Assembly: GCA_039621445.1 (NCBI GenBank)
Contig: CP154954.1
Span: 34,073,737-34,137,736, forward strand
Reading direction: 5' to 3'
Length of the DNA stretch: 64,000 nt
Origin: Euglena gracilis
Lineage: Eukaryota
Under the pieces are notes generated by a model, which was not told the DNA's origin, searched no databases, and saw only the letters and a list, made by a program, of their open reading frames with translations. Every line of letters begins with the position of its first letter. Positions within the stretch are counted from its first letter, which is position 1. Both the position numbers and the translations under genes were made by a program. This document shows positions 1 through 12,329 of this stretch, piece by piece.

Positions 1-79
1 GTGCACTCTAGGAGAAATTTCCACACAACCAACAACCAAACACAAAAGGAAATAACTGAAACCAAACTAACCACCACCC

Positions 80-460
80 CCGCGCCTATGGCGCCCCCGC
101 CACTCAAGCCCCTATGGCACCCACCACCCCCTGCGCCTTTGGCGCCTCCCTGCGCATATTGTGCAAAGTGCGCATAGCACAGACGTTGCGCCTATGGCGC
201 CACCAACCCTCGCGCATAGCGCAAATCTTGCGCATAATGCCCCCCCTCCCCCGCGCTATATGGCGCCCCCAACCACCGCGCCTACAGCGCTGACACCCCC
301 GCGCATATTGCGCTCCCCACGCGCATAGCGCTCATCGCGTGCATATTGTTTTGCACACCGCGCATAGCGCACACCTCCCCACCCGCGCATATTGCGCAGC
401 CCGCAAACAAGATGCGCCCCCCCCCTCCCCTCACCCGTGCATAGCGCAAATCTCGCACAA
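80..460. repeat. Array of short GCGC-N3-5-GCGC palindromes separated by C-runs (~20-bp period)
   Basis: gcgcctatggcgc, gcgcctttggcgc, gcgcatagcgc and gcgcatattgcgc recur; homologous copy at 26580-26960. Confidence 0.75.
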
Positions 461-781
461 TTGTGTATGTCTTACAAATGGGTATCTGCCCAACCCACCC
501 ATATTCTTTTGGGGATAAGTCCCAAAGATGTTTGTGTACATATTTCACAATGGCACTTTTGTTGTTGATTTGCAAACCACATGCTCAAAATGCAGATTTG
601 GTTTACTTAAGCAACAAAAGTGGCCATCCCCCCTTCTTTGACCACGAACTTGTTGGTCAAATCGGCGAAAACCAAAGGAGTTTTGATCATTCAAGCGCAC
701 AATTGCGCCAACCTCAAAGATATTTGCAGAAACACAAGGTGTGTGATAAGTTTTTGGGATACATTGCAAATACTGCATTTT

Positions 782-1095
782 TGTGTACCAGGCGTATGCT
801 TCTGTCCCCTTCCGTTGAGGAAGTTAGGATGGAAGTAGATCCTATTAGGATCTTCTAATGGGTGCCCCTTCTCTCTCCACAGGTGGTATTCTTATTCTGT
901 TTGTCTTTCCTTTTCTCCGGACCGGACTTGGTTATCCAGTCCGTCCTCCCTGCATTGCTCTGTGCTTTGCTTCTTGGGAAGTGGGAAAAGGGTTTTTACT
1001 GTTACTCTGATTTTCAGTTCCCACGTAGGTGCGCCAAGGCGAAAGCGAAGGCTTTTGGGAATTGGGAAAGTGGAATTGGGAATCAGACGTACACT
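782..1095 (+). repeat. 5' LTR of element A
   Basis: TGTGTACC...GTACACT; near-identical to 32043-32356 (about 4 substitutions seen by eye); followed by PBS. Confidence 0.93.
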
Positions 1096-1105
1096 TGGTA
1101 GCAGA
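1096..1105 (+). promoter_or_regulatory. Primer-binding site, tRNA-iMet type
   Basis: TGGTAGCAGA directly after the LTR, complementary to the 3' end (TCTGCTACCA) of AGCAGA-type initiator tRNA-Met. Confidence 0.85.
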
Positions 1106-1141
1106 TTAGGTCACGATCCTACACATACAGCCCATACAGGA

Positions 1142-1393
1142 TAATACCGCGCGCACATCGCGATAATGCGGGTCGAGGATATCCTCGCCCGATTTCGCGG
1201 ATGGCGTTTGGGTTCCCACCAGTACATCATCGATGTACACCAGAGCAAACGGTACATCGCGCAAAACCCACTGGATCATGCGTTGAAACATGGCTGGGCC
1301 ATTCTTAACACCCATGGGGAGTACCGTCCATTGGTACACACCTTTGGATGTCATGAATGCCGTGTACGGTTGCGAATCAGGATGCAAATGCAA
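1142..1393 (-). pseudogene. pol: Reverse transcriptase middle fragment (YIDD active site)
   Basis: HLHPDSQPYTAF...LPMGVKNGPAMFQR...VYIDDVLV: gypsy RT motifs; continues the RT broken at 5945. Confidence 0.93.
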
Positions 1394-1406
1394 ATGCAAT
1401 CATCCC

Positions 1407-4400
1407 GATCGCCGACCTCTAGCCGGGGCAGAGCGCTCGTTTTTGGAGCGCCGGCGCAGCCGATTTCGGCCGAAAACGGCCGAAAAATGACGTTTTTCGG
1501 GGTGTTCGTGGTTTACGTGCTATTTTGCGCCTCCCGGGCGGTAACGGCTGCGTTTTACGCACGCCCACCGCGGGCAAAATTGCGCCTATCCGCCCGCCGC
1601 CCTTCGCAACAATTAGAGAAAGGATCGCCGACCTCTAGCTGGGGCAGAGCGCTCGTTTTTGGAGCGCCGGCGCAGCCGATTTCGGCCGAAAACGGCCGAA
1701 AAATGACGTTTTTCGGGGTGTTCGTGGTTTGCGTGCTATTTTGCGCCTCCCGGGCGGTAACGGCTGCGTTTTACGCACGCCCACCGCGGGCAAAATTGCG
1801 CCTACACACTTGCCGCCCTTCGCAACAACTAGGTAAAGGATCGCCGACCTCTAGCCGGGGCAGAGCGCTCGTTTTTGGAGCGCCGGCGCAGCCGATTTCG
1901 GCCGAAAACCGCCGAAAATGACGTTTTTCGGGGAGTTCGTGGTTTACGTGCTATTTTGCGCCTCCCGGGCGGTAACGGCTGCGTTTTACGCATCCCCGCC
2001 GCGGGCAAAATTGCGCCTATCCGCCCGCCGCCCTTCGCAACAATTAGGTAAAGGATCGCAAGACCTCTAGCCAGGGCAAAGCGCTCGTTTTTGGAGCGCC
2101 GGCGCAACCGATTTCGGCCGAAAACGGCCGAAAATTGACGTTTTTCGGGGTGTTCGTGGTTTACGTGCTATTTTTTGCCTCTCGGGCGTTAACGGCTCTA
2201 TTTTAAGCAACCCCGCCGCGGGCAAAATTGCGCCTATCCGCCCGCCGCCCTTCGCAACATTTAGGTAAAGGATCGCCGACCTCTAGCCAGGGCAAAGCGC
2301 TCGTTTTTGGAGCGCCGGCGCAGCCGATTTCGGCCGAAAACCGCCGAAAAATGACGTTTTTCGGGGTGTTCGTGGTTTACGTGCTATTTTGCGCCTCCCG
2401 GGCGGTAACGGCTGCGTTTTACGCACGCCCGCCGCGGGCAAAATTGCGCCTAACCGCCCGCCGCCCTTCGCAACAATTACGTAAAGGATCGCCGACCTCT
2501 AGCCGGGGCAGAGCGCTCGTTTTTGGAGCGCCGGCGCAGCCGATTTCGGCCGAAAACGGCCGAAAAATGACGTTTTTCGGGGTGTTCGTGGTTTACGTGC
2601 TATTTTGCGCCTCCCGGGCGGTAACGGCTGCGTTTTACGCACGCCCACCGCGGGCAAAATTGCGCCTATCCGCCCGCCGCCCTTCGCAACAATTAGGTAA
2701 AGGATCGCCGACCTCTAGCTGGGGCAGAGCGCTCGTTTTTGGACTGCCGGCGCAACCGATTTCGGCCGAAAACGGCTGAAAAATGACGTTTTTCGGGGTG
2801 TTCGTGGTTTATGTGCTATTTTGCGCCTCTCGGGCGGTAACGGCTCTGTTTTACGCAACCCCGCCGCGGGCAAATTTGCGCCTATCCGCCCGCCGCCCTT
2901 CGCAACAATTAGGTAAAGGATCGCCGACCTCTGGCCGGGGCAGAGCGCTTGTTTTTGGAGCGCCGGCGCAGCCGATTTCGGCCGAAAACGGCTGAAAAAT
3001 GACGTTTTTCGGGGTGTTCGTGGTTTATGTGCTATTTTGCGCCTCTCGGGCGGTAACGGCTCTGTTTTACGCAACCCCGCCGCGGGCAAATTTGCGCCTA
3101 TCCGCCCGCCGCCCTTCGCAACAAGCACGTAAAAGGACCGACCTCTTGCCAGGCAGAGCGCTCGTTTTTGGAGCGCCGGCGCAACCGATTTCCGCCGAAA
3201 ACGGCCGAAAAATGACGTTTTTCGGGGTGTTCGTGGTTTGCGTGCTATTTTGCGCCTCCCGGGCGGTAACGGCTGCGTTTTACGCACGCCCGCCGCGGGC
3301 AAAATTGCGCCTATCCGCCCGCCGCCCTTCGCAACAATTAGGTAAAGGATCGCAAGACCTCTAGCCAGGGCAAAGCGCTCGTTTTTGGAGCGCCGGCGCA
3401 GCCGATTTCGGCCGAAAACGGCCGAAAAATGACGTTTTCCGGGGTGTTCGTGGTTTGCGTGCTATTTTGCGCCTCTCGGGCGTTAACGGCTCTGTTTTAC
3501 GCAACCCCGGCGCGGGCAAAATTGCGCCTATCCGCCCGCCGCCCTTCGCAACAATTAGGTAAAGGATCGCCGACCTCTAGCCGGGGCAGAGCGCTCGTTT
3601 TTGGAGCGCCGGCGCAGCCGATTTCAGCCGAAAACCGCCGAAAAATGACGTTTTTCGGGGTGTTCGTGGTTTACGTGCTATGTTGCGCCTCTCGGGCGGT
3701 AACGGCTGCGTTTTACGCACGCCCGCCGCGGGCAAAATTGCGCCTATCCGCCCGCCGCCCTTCGCAACAATTAGGTAAAGGATCGCCGACCTCTAGCCGG
3801 GGCAGAGCGCTCGTTTTTGGAGCGCCGGCGCAGCCGATTTCGGCCGAAAACGGCCGAAAAATGACGTGTTTCGGGCTGTTCGTGGTTTACGTGCTATTTT
3901 GCGCCTCCCGGGCGGTAACGGCTGCGTTTTACGCACGCCCGCCGCGGGCAAAATTGCGCCTATCCGCCCGCCGCCCTTCGCAACAATTAGGTAAAGGATC
4001 GCCGACCTCTAGCTGGGGCAGAGCGCTCGTTTTTGGAGCGCCGGCGCAGCCGATTTCGGCCGAAAACGGCTGAAAAATGACGTTTTTCGGGGTGTTCGTG
4101 GTTTATGTGCTATTTTGCGCCTCTCGGGCGGTAACGGCTCTGTTTTACGCAACCCCGCCGCGGGAAAATTTGCGCCTATCCGCCCGCCGCCCTTCGCAAC
4201 AAGCAGGTAAAAGGACCGACCTCTTGCCGGGCAGAGCGCTCGTTTTGGAGCGCCGGCGCAACCGATTTCCGCCGAAAACGGCCGAAAAATGACGTTTTCC
4301 GGGGTGTTCGCGGTTTACGTGCTATTTTGCGCCTCCCGGGCGGTAACGGCTGCGTTTTACGCACGCCCGCCGCGGGCAAAATTGCGCCTATCCGCCCGCC

Positions 4401-5944
4401 GCCCTTCGCAACAATTAGGTAAAGGATCGCAAGACCTCTAGCCAGGGCAAAGCGCTCGTTTTTGGAGCGCCGGCGCAGCCGATTTCGGCCGAAAACGGCC
4501 GAAAAATGACGTTTTCTGGGGTGTTCGTGGTTTACGTGCTATTTTGCGCCTCTCGGGCGTTAACGGCTCTGTTTTACGCAACCCCGCCGCGGGCAAAATT
4601 GCGCCTATCCAGCCGCCGCCCTTCGCAACAATTAGGTAAAGGATCGCCGACCTCTAGCCGGGGCAGAGCGCTCGTTTTTGGAGCGCCGGATTTCAGCCGA
4701 AAACCGCCGAAAAATGACGTTTTTCGGGGTGTTCGTGGTTTACGTGCTATGTTGCGCCTCTCGGGCGGTAACGGCTGCGTTTTACGCACGCCCGCCGCGG
4801 GCAAAATTGCGCCTATCCGCCCGCCGCCCTTCACAACAATTAGGTAAAGGATCGCCGACCTCTAGCCGGGGCAGAGCGCTCGTTTTAGGAGCGCCGGCGC
4901 AGCCGATTTCGGCCGAAAACGGCCGAAAAATGACGTGTTTCGGGCTGTTCGTGGTTTACGTGCTATTTTGCGCCTCCCGGGCGGTAACGGCTGCGTTTTA
5001 CGCACGCCCGCCGCGGGCAAAACTGCGCCTATCCGCCCGCTGCCCTTCGCAACAATTAGGTAAAGGATCGCAAGACCTCTAGCCAGGGCAAAGCGCTCGT
5101 TTTTGGAGCGCCGGCGCAACCGATTTCGGCCGAAAACGGCCGAAAAATGACGTTTTCTGGGGTGTTCGTGGTTTACGTGCTATTTTGCGCCTCTCGGGCG
5201 TTAACGGCTCTGTTTTACGCAACCCCGCCGCGGGCAAAATTGCGCCTATCCGCCCGCCGCCCTTTGCAACAATTAGGTAAAGGATCGCCGACCTCTAGCC
5301 GGGGCAGAGCGCTCGTTTTTGGAGCGCCGGCGCAGCCGATTTCAGCCGAAAACCGCCGAAAAATGACGTTTTTCGGGGTGTTCGTGGTTTACGTGCTATG
5401 TTGCGCCTCCCGGGCGGTAACGGCTGCGTTTTACGCACGCCCGCCGCGGGCAAAATTGCGCCTATCCGCCCGCCGCCCTTCGCAACAATTAGGTAAAGGA
5501 TCGCCGACCTCTAGCCGGGGCAGAGCGCTCGTTTTAGGAGCGCCGGCGCAGCCTATTTCGGCCGAAAACGGCCGAAAAATGACGTGTTTCGGGCTGTTCG
5601 TGGTTTACGTGCTATTTTGCGCCTCCCGGGCGGTAACGGCTGCGTTTTACGCACGCCCGCCGCGGGCAAAATTGCGCCTATCCGCCCGCTGCCCTTCGCA
5701 ACAATTAGGTAAAGGATCGCAAGACCTCTAGCCAAGGCAAAGCGCTTGTTCTTGGAGCGCCGGCGCAACCGATTTCCGCCGAAAACGGCCGAAAATTGAC
5801 GTTTTTCGGGGTGTTCGTGGTTTATGTGCTATTTTGCGCCTCTCGGGCGTTAACGGCTCTGTTTTACGCAACCCCGCCGCGAGCAAAATTGCGCCTATCC
5901 GCCCGCCGCCCTTCGCAACAATTAGGTAAAGGATCGCCGACCTC
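1407..5944 (+). repeat. 216-bp satellite block (~21 monomers, variant subfamily) inserted into RT
   Basis: Tandem 216-bp units homologous to the main array but with ttcggggtgttcgtggttt in place of ttgggggcgtccgttactt. Confidence 0.96.
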
Positions 5945-8347
5945 CTGATGGAAACCGTCTTCCAGATCAAAGATTGACCACAACCGGTTATCCGATTGTT
6001 TTGTGATCAAATCCTCGATCAGCGGTAACGGGAAGGGGTCATCCTTCGTTTGGGAGTTCAAGTACCGGTAATCCAGCACTAGTCTCCACTTCTTCTGACC
6101 AGACTGGTCAGCGGGTTTGGGCACCACAAAAGCTTGTGATGTCCACTCGCTCTTGGAAGGGATAATCCACTTCCGCTGGATGAGCTTCTCAATCATCTCG
6201 TTGAGAGCCTGTTCGCGTTCACCCGAACAACGGAAGAATTTCCGGTGCATAGGTTTAGCGCCTACCTTGAGCTCGATTTTGCAAACACCGAACGGACCGC
6301 AAATCGCGGGGTCGATGTCGCAGGCGTAAACTGGATTATCCAGTACACCATGAAATTTGCGAGCAATTCGCGAACAATAATCAGCAGACTTGGGATGTTG
6401 GTCCGCACTCTCAATGACCGCAGAAATCTGTGTTGAGGGTGTGGCATCCCCACTGGTGCCAAGGTATCTTGACACACGCACATCGGATATTCCGAATGCG
6501 TCGAAGAAACAAACGCGAACAATGATTTCTTTGACAGGTGGTAATAATATACCACAAAAATCCTCAAATAGTGGTACATCAGCGGGTAAATCCCACCAAT
6601 GAAAACACACATGGGATAGTTGGTGAAACCAATCCGCATTCGGATTGACCGGTATGAGGAGAGCTCCTCGCGCTTCATCGCGGAGGATTTTCTCCACCGC
6701 ATCCGGGATAAGTTTTGGGGGAGGGTGCATCCATAGCACCGTATCACCCCAGAATTTAAAAAATGTGTTGGTATGTCGCGACCAATATCGCGACAAGCGC
6801 GCATGCGCTTTTGATAAAAACGCATCAATTTCCAACGACAAATCGAAGGAATCAGCCAAAGCCGCGATTTTGGAGAACCATTCCTCCAAAATACGGTATT
6901 GACCAAAATTAAATGCGTTCCATACGCGCATCGCGTATGTGTCGACCTGGTTCGCGGGTTGAAGAGCGGTAACGCAATTCAGGGATCCGCAAACATAGGT
7001 CAAGGGTGTGTCATCCACACTCCCAAGGGGCATTCCCAAGGGTTGATGGGTTGGATGGGTGCATACCCAGTCCATATCATGCCAGATGGAGGTGGGGGAG
7101 GTGTGTGACACGGATTTCGCGGTCCCAAACAACAAGGCAATACCCCGTTGTTGGAGCACTTGATGTACGGTCGCGCATTGCGATCCGCAACCAAGTGTAT
7201 GGTTACGCGAAATTGGGATTAGTGTTGGTGTTTGGACTAGACATCCACAATCGAAATCTGGCTGGGCGGAAATTCTCCTACAGTGCACACATTGGAAGGA
7301 AGTGTCGGAGTAGTGGTCCTGGTCGCGCATGTTGGTCTGGTGGGGGTGTGTGTAAAAGTTGGGATGCGCTGTTGTAGCTGCTGGGGGGTGTACAGATGTA
7401 TCTGAAAGCGATACATCTGGTGGAAAACGGGGTATTAGTGCAGCTGGGCGACTACTCGACACCGTTATAACTTCAGGCCTTTGGGCTTTCGTCTTGTAAC
7501 CCAGTGAAACGAGGGGGGTACCGCTACTCGCTTGCCCTGCCTCATGGGGAACGGAAGTTGGTGTGTCAATGGGCAGGGGGTGAACTTTCTCGGTACACCC
7601 GGTGTGGAAAACGTTGGTTGGTGTGGTTGGTAACGGGGTAAAAGTTTTCGAAAACGGTGTGGAAAAATTGGTGGCTATCGCGGTTGACGCCACAGGTGAT
7701 GAGGGTTTGGGGGGCAATGAGGAGAATGGTGATGTGCGCAAACCGTGGGAGTGGCAATCCACTACCAGCCGGTGCTGACGTAAAAAGGGGTATCCCAGGA
7801 TTACGTCAGAACCATGGATTCCGGATTCATATCCCCAGGTATCCGGAAAATTTTGCGGTTGGGGGGGGTGTGAGTGGTGCTTGGGGATGAGGGGTAGGAC
7901 AATGTCCAAAAAGCATCCCAAGTCACCACCGCACATGGGGGTGTTGTCAGCCGTCGTAATTTTGATCGGCTTCTTGGCTTGTACCAAGAGGGGGGTTGGT
8001 ATCAACCCGAACCGAAAAAGTAGTGCAATGCGACAACCAGTGTCAATGAGAATTTTGACTTTTGCACAAAAATTTTGGATTTTGATTTCCGCTTGGACCA
8101 AAAGTTCCATGGGGGGTAAGCAAAGTGAAGGGTCTGGCGAAAATGCGTTTTCTTGCCAGCTTTCCCATGAACCCTTTCCTACTTTGCACAACATTCCGAG
8201 CGGAAAGTTGGAGTGGGGGGTGGGGGACCCGAAAATTTTCCGGGTACCGACCAGAAAGGCAGATGGGCAGGGGGGGCAGGGTTGATCAGGTCCTACCTCC
8301 ATCTGTTCATCAGCCCAGAGGTCCGTGCCCTCGGACCTCGGGCTCCC
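5945..8347 (-). pseudogene. pol: pol 5' part: aspartic protease, spacer, Dam-like methyltransferase domain, RT N-terminus
   Basis: ILIDTGC protease motif and DVILGYPFL; RT motifs SKSEWTSQAFVVPK, WRLVLDYRYLN, FPLPLIED, FDLEDGFHQ; truncated by the satellite. Confidence 0.92.
6490..6900 (-). other. DNA N6-adenine methyltransferase-like domain (phage Dam / DIRS MT type) within pol
   Basis: IDAFLSKAHARLSRYWS..NTF...W....LWMHPPPKLIPDAVEKI..D....ALLIPV...DWF follows the DLFAS..N..Y.S..DAF..W..NPPF.LI..KI..LI.P.W pattern. Confidence 0.75.
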
Positions 8348-8350
8348 CTA
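8312..8350 (-). promoter_or_regulatory. gag UAG stop followed by stem-loop: putative stop-codon readthrough signal
   Basis: TAG GGG AGCCC GAGGTCCG AGGGCA CGGACCTC T GGGCT; pol continues in the same frame with no further stop. Confidence 0.65.
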
Positions 8351-11300
8351 CTCCAGGTCCGAACCGGCCGAATAGCCGGCTATGGGCCTTTTAGATGTAT
8401 AAACCGATTTCAACGTGCGCACCGCCATGTGGGCCTCGTCGAAATCGGTATCCGTGGTCTCATCCCCCTCCCTGCCCGCAGCCGGGGTGTCATCCTCCAA
8501 ACAAGATATCTTGAAACCGACTTTATGGCGGTTGGAGGAGTGACCCTTGTCACCGTGATTCATACCGCGATGACGTTGGCCAGGGCGGGGAGAACGAGAA
8601 CGCGGACATTTGGATGGATGGTGATCACTCGATCCACAAAGCGAACACCGAGATTTGTGTCGCGAGGCTGGGTAAAGGGGGGATCGGTTTCCCGATTTCC
8701 CGTCAAACCGTCGTGGTGACCGGATATCCCGTCGACCATGACCGGTGTATCGGGGTTTTCCTGATGAGGATCGCGAAGAAGATGATCCGCTTCGCGAACG
8801 TGATCGCGATGTCTCGCGATGAGAATCACGCTTCTTGGCAGGGGCACCGGGTGACCTACCCCGAGGGGTACCGTGTTTCCGCTCATCGCGGAACGGGATC
8901 CGGGGGCTAATACCACCGGAACGGGGACCCGATGACCGTGAATTGCCCGATTGGCGTGAAAACGCGGAGGAACCCGGACCTCGTGATGAGGTCGAGCCTC
9001 GCGGACTCTGAATACGCTTACGCGCTTCAGGATTAGGACATTCCCGAGACATATGTCCCAATTTGTTACACAAAAAGCACACTTTATCCGTGGCTTGGTC
9101 CGAAGAACGCGGGTATCGCGTTTTCGATCCCGTGGTGGGTGAAGTGGGTGAAACCGGTGATTTTTGTAATGCGTTCACCGAACTAGCCGGTAATCCAGCG
9201 GTTGGGTGTGCGGTATACGCGGATTGAATCTGACCAAGAAGCTGTGATAGCTTCAGTTGCTTGGAAACATAATTCCAGCGTTGGTCAAGAGTCATTGCAT
9301 TACCCGCCAACTCCTCACGATGGATATCCTTGATGAGGCTAGGCGTGAAATGCATCAAAACAGCGTCAAACTCTTCTAGCATTTGCTTTCACTCAGTTCA
9401 TCACTTCAGCGGCAAGGCCTAAACATTTGGCATCCCAAAGGTCAATGGGATTCCATTCGCAGCTGGGTGGGGCGCATTGCCGGCACTTGGCCTCCAGGGT
9501 AATCTGGGCGACCAAACTCGAACTGGTGGCAGCGTATTGCCCCACCAGATCATCAAAGGAAACGCGGTAGCGAATGACGAGTTGTCGCGCGCGCTCCTTT
9601 TCATCCCTAGGGAGGCAATCGATGAATTCCATCTTGATCACCTCCGGGTTTGTGTCCTGGGTTGGCCCTTTCAATGCCCAGTAGTACTCCCAGTCCCGGA
9701 AAAACTGTCTCCATGTGGTTGGGTCACCGTCCCATTGGGGCTTCACCTTATTCGCGATTGCGATGGTGCCCTTGAAGTCTTTCTGAAAAACCCGTTGGCC
9801 CTCGGTGGTATTCCGTGGATTCGGGCCCGGGTACGCTCGAGCACCAAGCGTATCCTTTCCGGATTCTTGTCGGAATCGCGAAATTTCTGGTGAAGGTGAA
9901 TCCTGGTACCGGAAATCCGGTCGCAAACCCTGTTGGTCACCCGTAATAGGGGGACACTCCGGTGTGGGGGTATGTCGCGCATGCAACATGTGACCCACTC
10001 CCGGTGTACGGGTTTGGCTCATTCCACGCACAAGCATGGAATGATGGATTTCTTGGTGGAGACTTGGCGGAATCGCCGTGTTTTCCGAAAATTCGGTTCC
10101 CGTAATGGGAGATTCATCCGAAAACTGGTTTTGAGTTGTAGGCAAGGCCAATGGTGGCACAATTCGCGGAATCGCGGATTGTGACACTCGGGACACGGGT
10201 GGTGGTGGTGCATGTGCACCCAGATTCGGGTGGTGGAAACGCGAATCTGGAGCATCTGGCGCATCTTCGGCAATGCATACTGCCGAATTGCGGTGTGAAA
10301 CCCGCTGTTGGTTGGACACATTATCCAAACCCACAGACAAGTCATGCACACTTTGCTCCAAATGCTCAACGAGTTGGAGTTGGCCGCAAATACGGTCAAC
10401 TTCATCCTCCAAAGCGCGAATACGCTTGCGGTAACGGGAAAAGTCATCCAAGTGCGGAATCCTTTCGGAAATTCCGGTAACATCTTGGACAAGTTTCCCG
10501 TGAGACTTATCCAGTATTTGGAGTTGTCCCATTAATGCTTTTACAGCATTTGAGAGAATCTGCAAAGGTGATGTCACCTTGGTTGGTGTGGTGGTGGGTG
10601 CAACTGGTGCAGGGTTATCCGAGAACGCGGTTGTGGTACCCATGGGCAAATTTCCGGGTTGTGGCTTATCCAACAACACGGAAATTCGCTCATCCAACCT
10701 GGTAATCTCACTTTGCGTGGATCGGGCATTCCGATTCACCGATTCCTCAAGCCGTAACAGGCTGTTACAGAAATCTTGCAAGGTTTCCTGATTGTTAGTG
10801 AGCATTTTGTCATAAAATGCCTTGAAATCAGGGTTCTCGGTAATCCGAGAACTGGAACCTGCAGGTAGAGACTGCATTTCCATTACTTTGGTAGACACCG
10901 ATGCATACCGGGTCTGGAGTTCCCCAATAGCAGTCTGAATGCCGCTAATGTCCAGAACTCGGTGGGAAAGTGCAGAATAGCTTTGTTGCAAACCCGCAAT
11001 GGCCGAGTTAATCCCGCCAATGTCGGATTGCAACTGCAACTGCAGGGAATCCTGCCGTTGTGCCATTTCCGCGACTTTCGCGCTCAGATTGGATAATCCA
11101 ACCCGATTCGCGTCACAATAGCAGGTTTTCTGCTCCAAACGGGAAAGTCGCTCCTCCAACTGCCGCACATACGTGTGGGGAGCAAAATTCTCGTTGGCTT
11201 GTGACTGGAATTGCCGAAACTTTTCCGTTTCATCGCACAACTGCATAATGCGGTGTTGCGATTCATGGAAAGTTGCGGACAATGTGGTGAAATGGTCCAT

Positions 11301-12329
11301 AGACACAAATCCACCACTGCTGGATGTTGCAGACGAGGAATCTCGTGCATGCAACTGTTGTTGCAAATGCAACAACGCAGATGAACAGGACTCCATTTGT
11401 CCCGATAACTGCTGTAGTGAGCCATGCAAGTGCAGAAACTTGGAGTCATTCCGCGTTTCCGCTTCATGCATGCATTCACTAATTTGCCGGAAGTTTTGCG
11501 GGAGCTGTTGGCATATTCTGTCAAAGGTTTCCCGAAAGTTTGCAAGGTCAATACCCGCACTTTCGAAATTCCTCTGGCAATATCTGCCAACTTCCTGCAA
11601 GTAATTCCAGCAGTGTTCCAGCTTGGTGAAGACATGTTTCTGGTTGTCCTCGTCAAACTGAAGCACTTTGTTCAATGCGGTTGCACACTCTGCAACGCAT
11701 TGTTGCACATGGTTGAACTGCCTCACAAGGGGGTGATCCCCTGGAAGCCGAGCAACAATATCCTGCACATCCTCAGCAGTTGGGAGCTCACCAGTGCCCT
11801 TCCCATAGTCATCCATGGGTTGGGATGTACCGGAGAATTCCGGCACCACGAGGCGAGTCTCCGGTTGCCAAGGTAGTACGGGATAGCACCCGATATCGGG
11901 GGGTGGTGGCAAAGCTCTGTAAGGGCTTGCTGGTGGAAGAACGGGTGGTGGTTGAAAGAAACGCGGGGTTTCCAGTCCACCATCACCAGAGAAGCCCGGT
12001 GGCGGAATCACCACGGGTCTCTCCGGTGTGCGCAGCTGCACCATTGCCGCAAACAGATGCGAATACCCCCGTTGTGGCAAGGTGAGTGCGGAAGAGGCCG
12101 CATTAGCCTCTGAAGCCAATGAAGTGGAGGGCTCATCGCCGACCACTGTCAATGATGACAAGTGTTGCAATTGTGACAATTGAATCAATTGTGCCTCATC
12201 GGCGTGGGAGTGGGAACTGGAAGCACTTTCAGATAAAAGCTTCCAATCCCCATTTTCTTGGTCAATGTCTTGCAATGATGCCTGTAATAAGGCATAATTG
12301 AATTGATGGTTGGGGCCTGTGCTTTGCAT
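8348..12329 (-). pseudogene. gag: gag of element A (~1,330 codons; frameshifted near 9390)
   Basis: Long heptad-rich N-terminus; capsid-like WDGDPTTW...WEYYW region; two CCHC knuckles (CFLCNKLGHMSREC, CSLCGSSDHHPSKC); collinear with gag at 22471-25830. Confidence 0.88.

Noticed and set aside
282-1144. Short ORFs in element C interior and LTR A (and similar ones at 27000-35500)
   Set aside because: No motifs; frames are not preserved between the B and C copies; consistent with non-coding repeat DNA.
1407-5944. CRISPR-like or repeat-spacer array
   Set aside because: Units are contiguous full-length tandem copies with no unique spacers; no cas genes; eukaryotic TE context.
5945-8347. Classifying element A as DIRS because of the methyltransferase-like domain
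   Set aside because: It has an aspartic protease, DDE integrase with chromodomain, direct LTRs, PBS/PPT and a 5-bp TSD; no tyrosine recombinase was seen.
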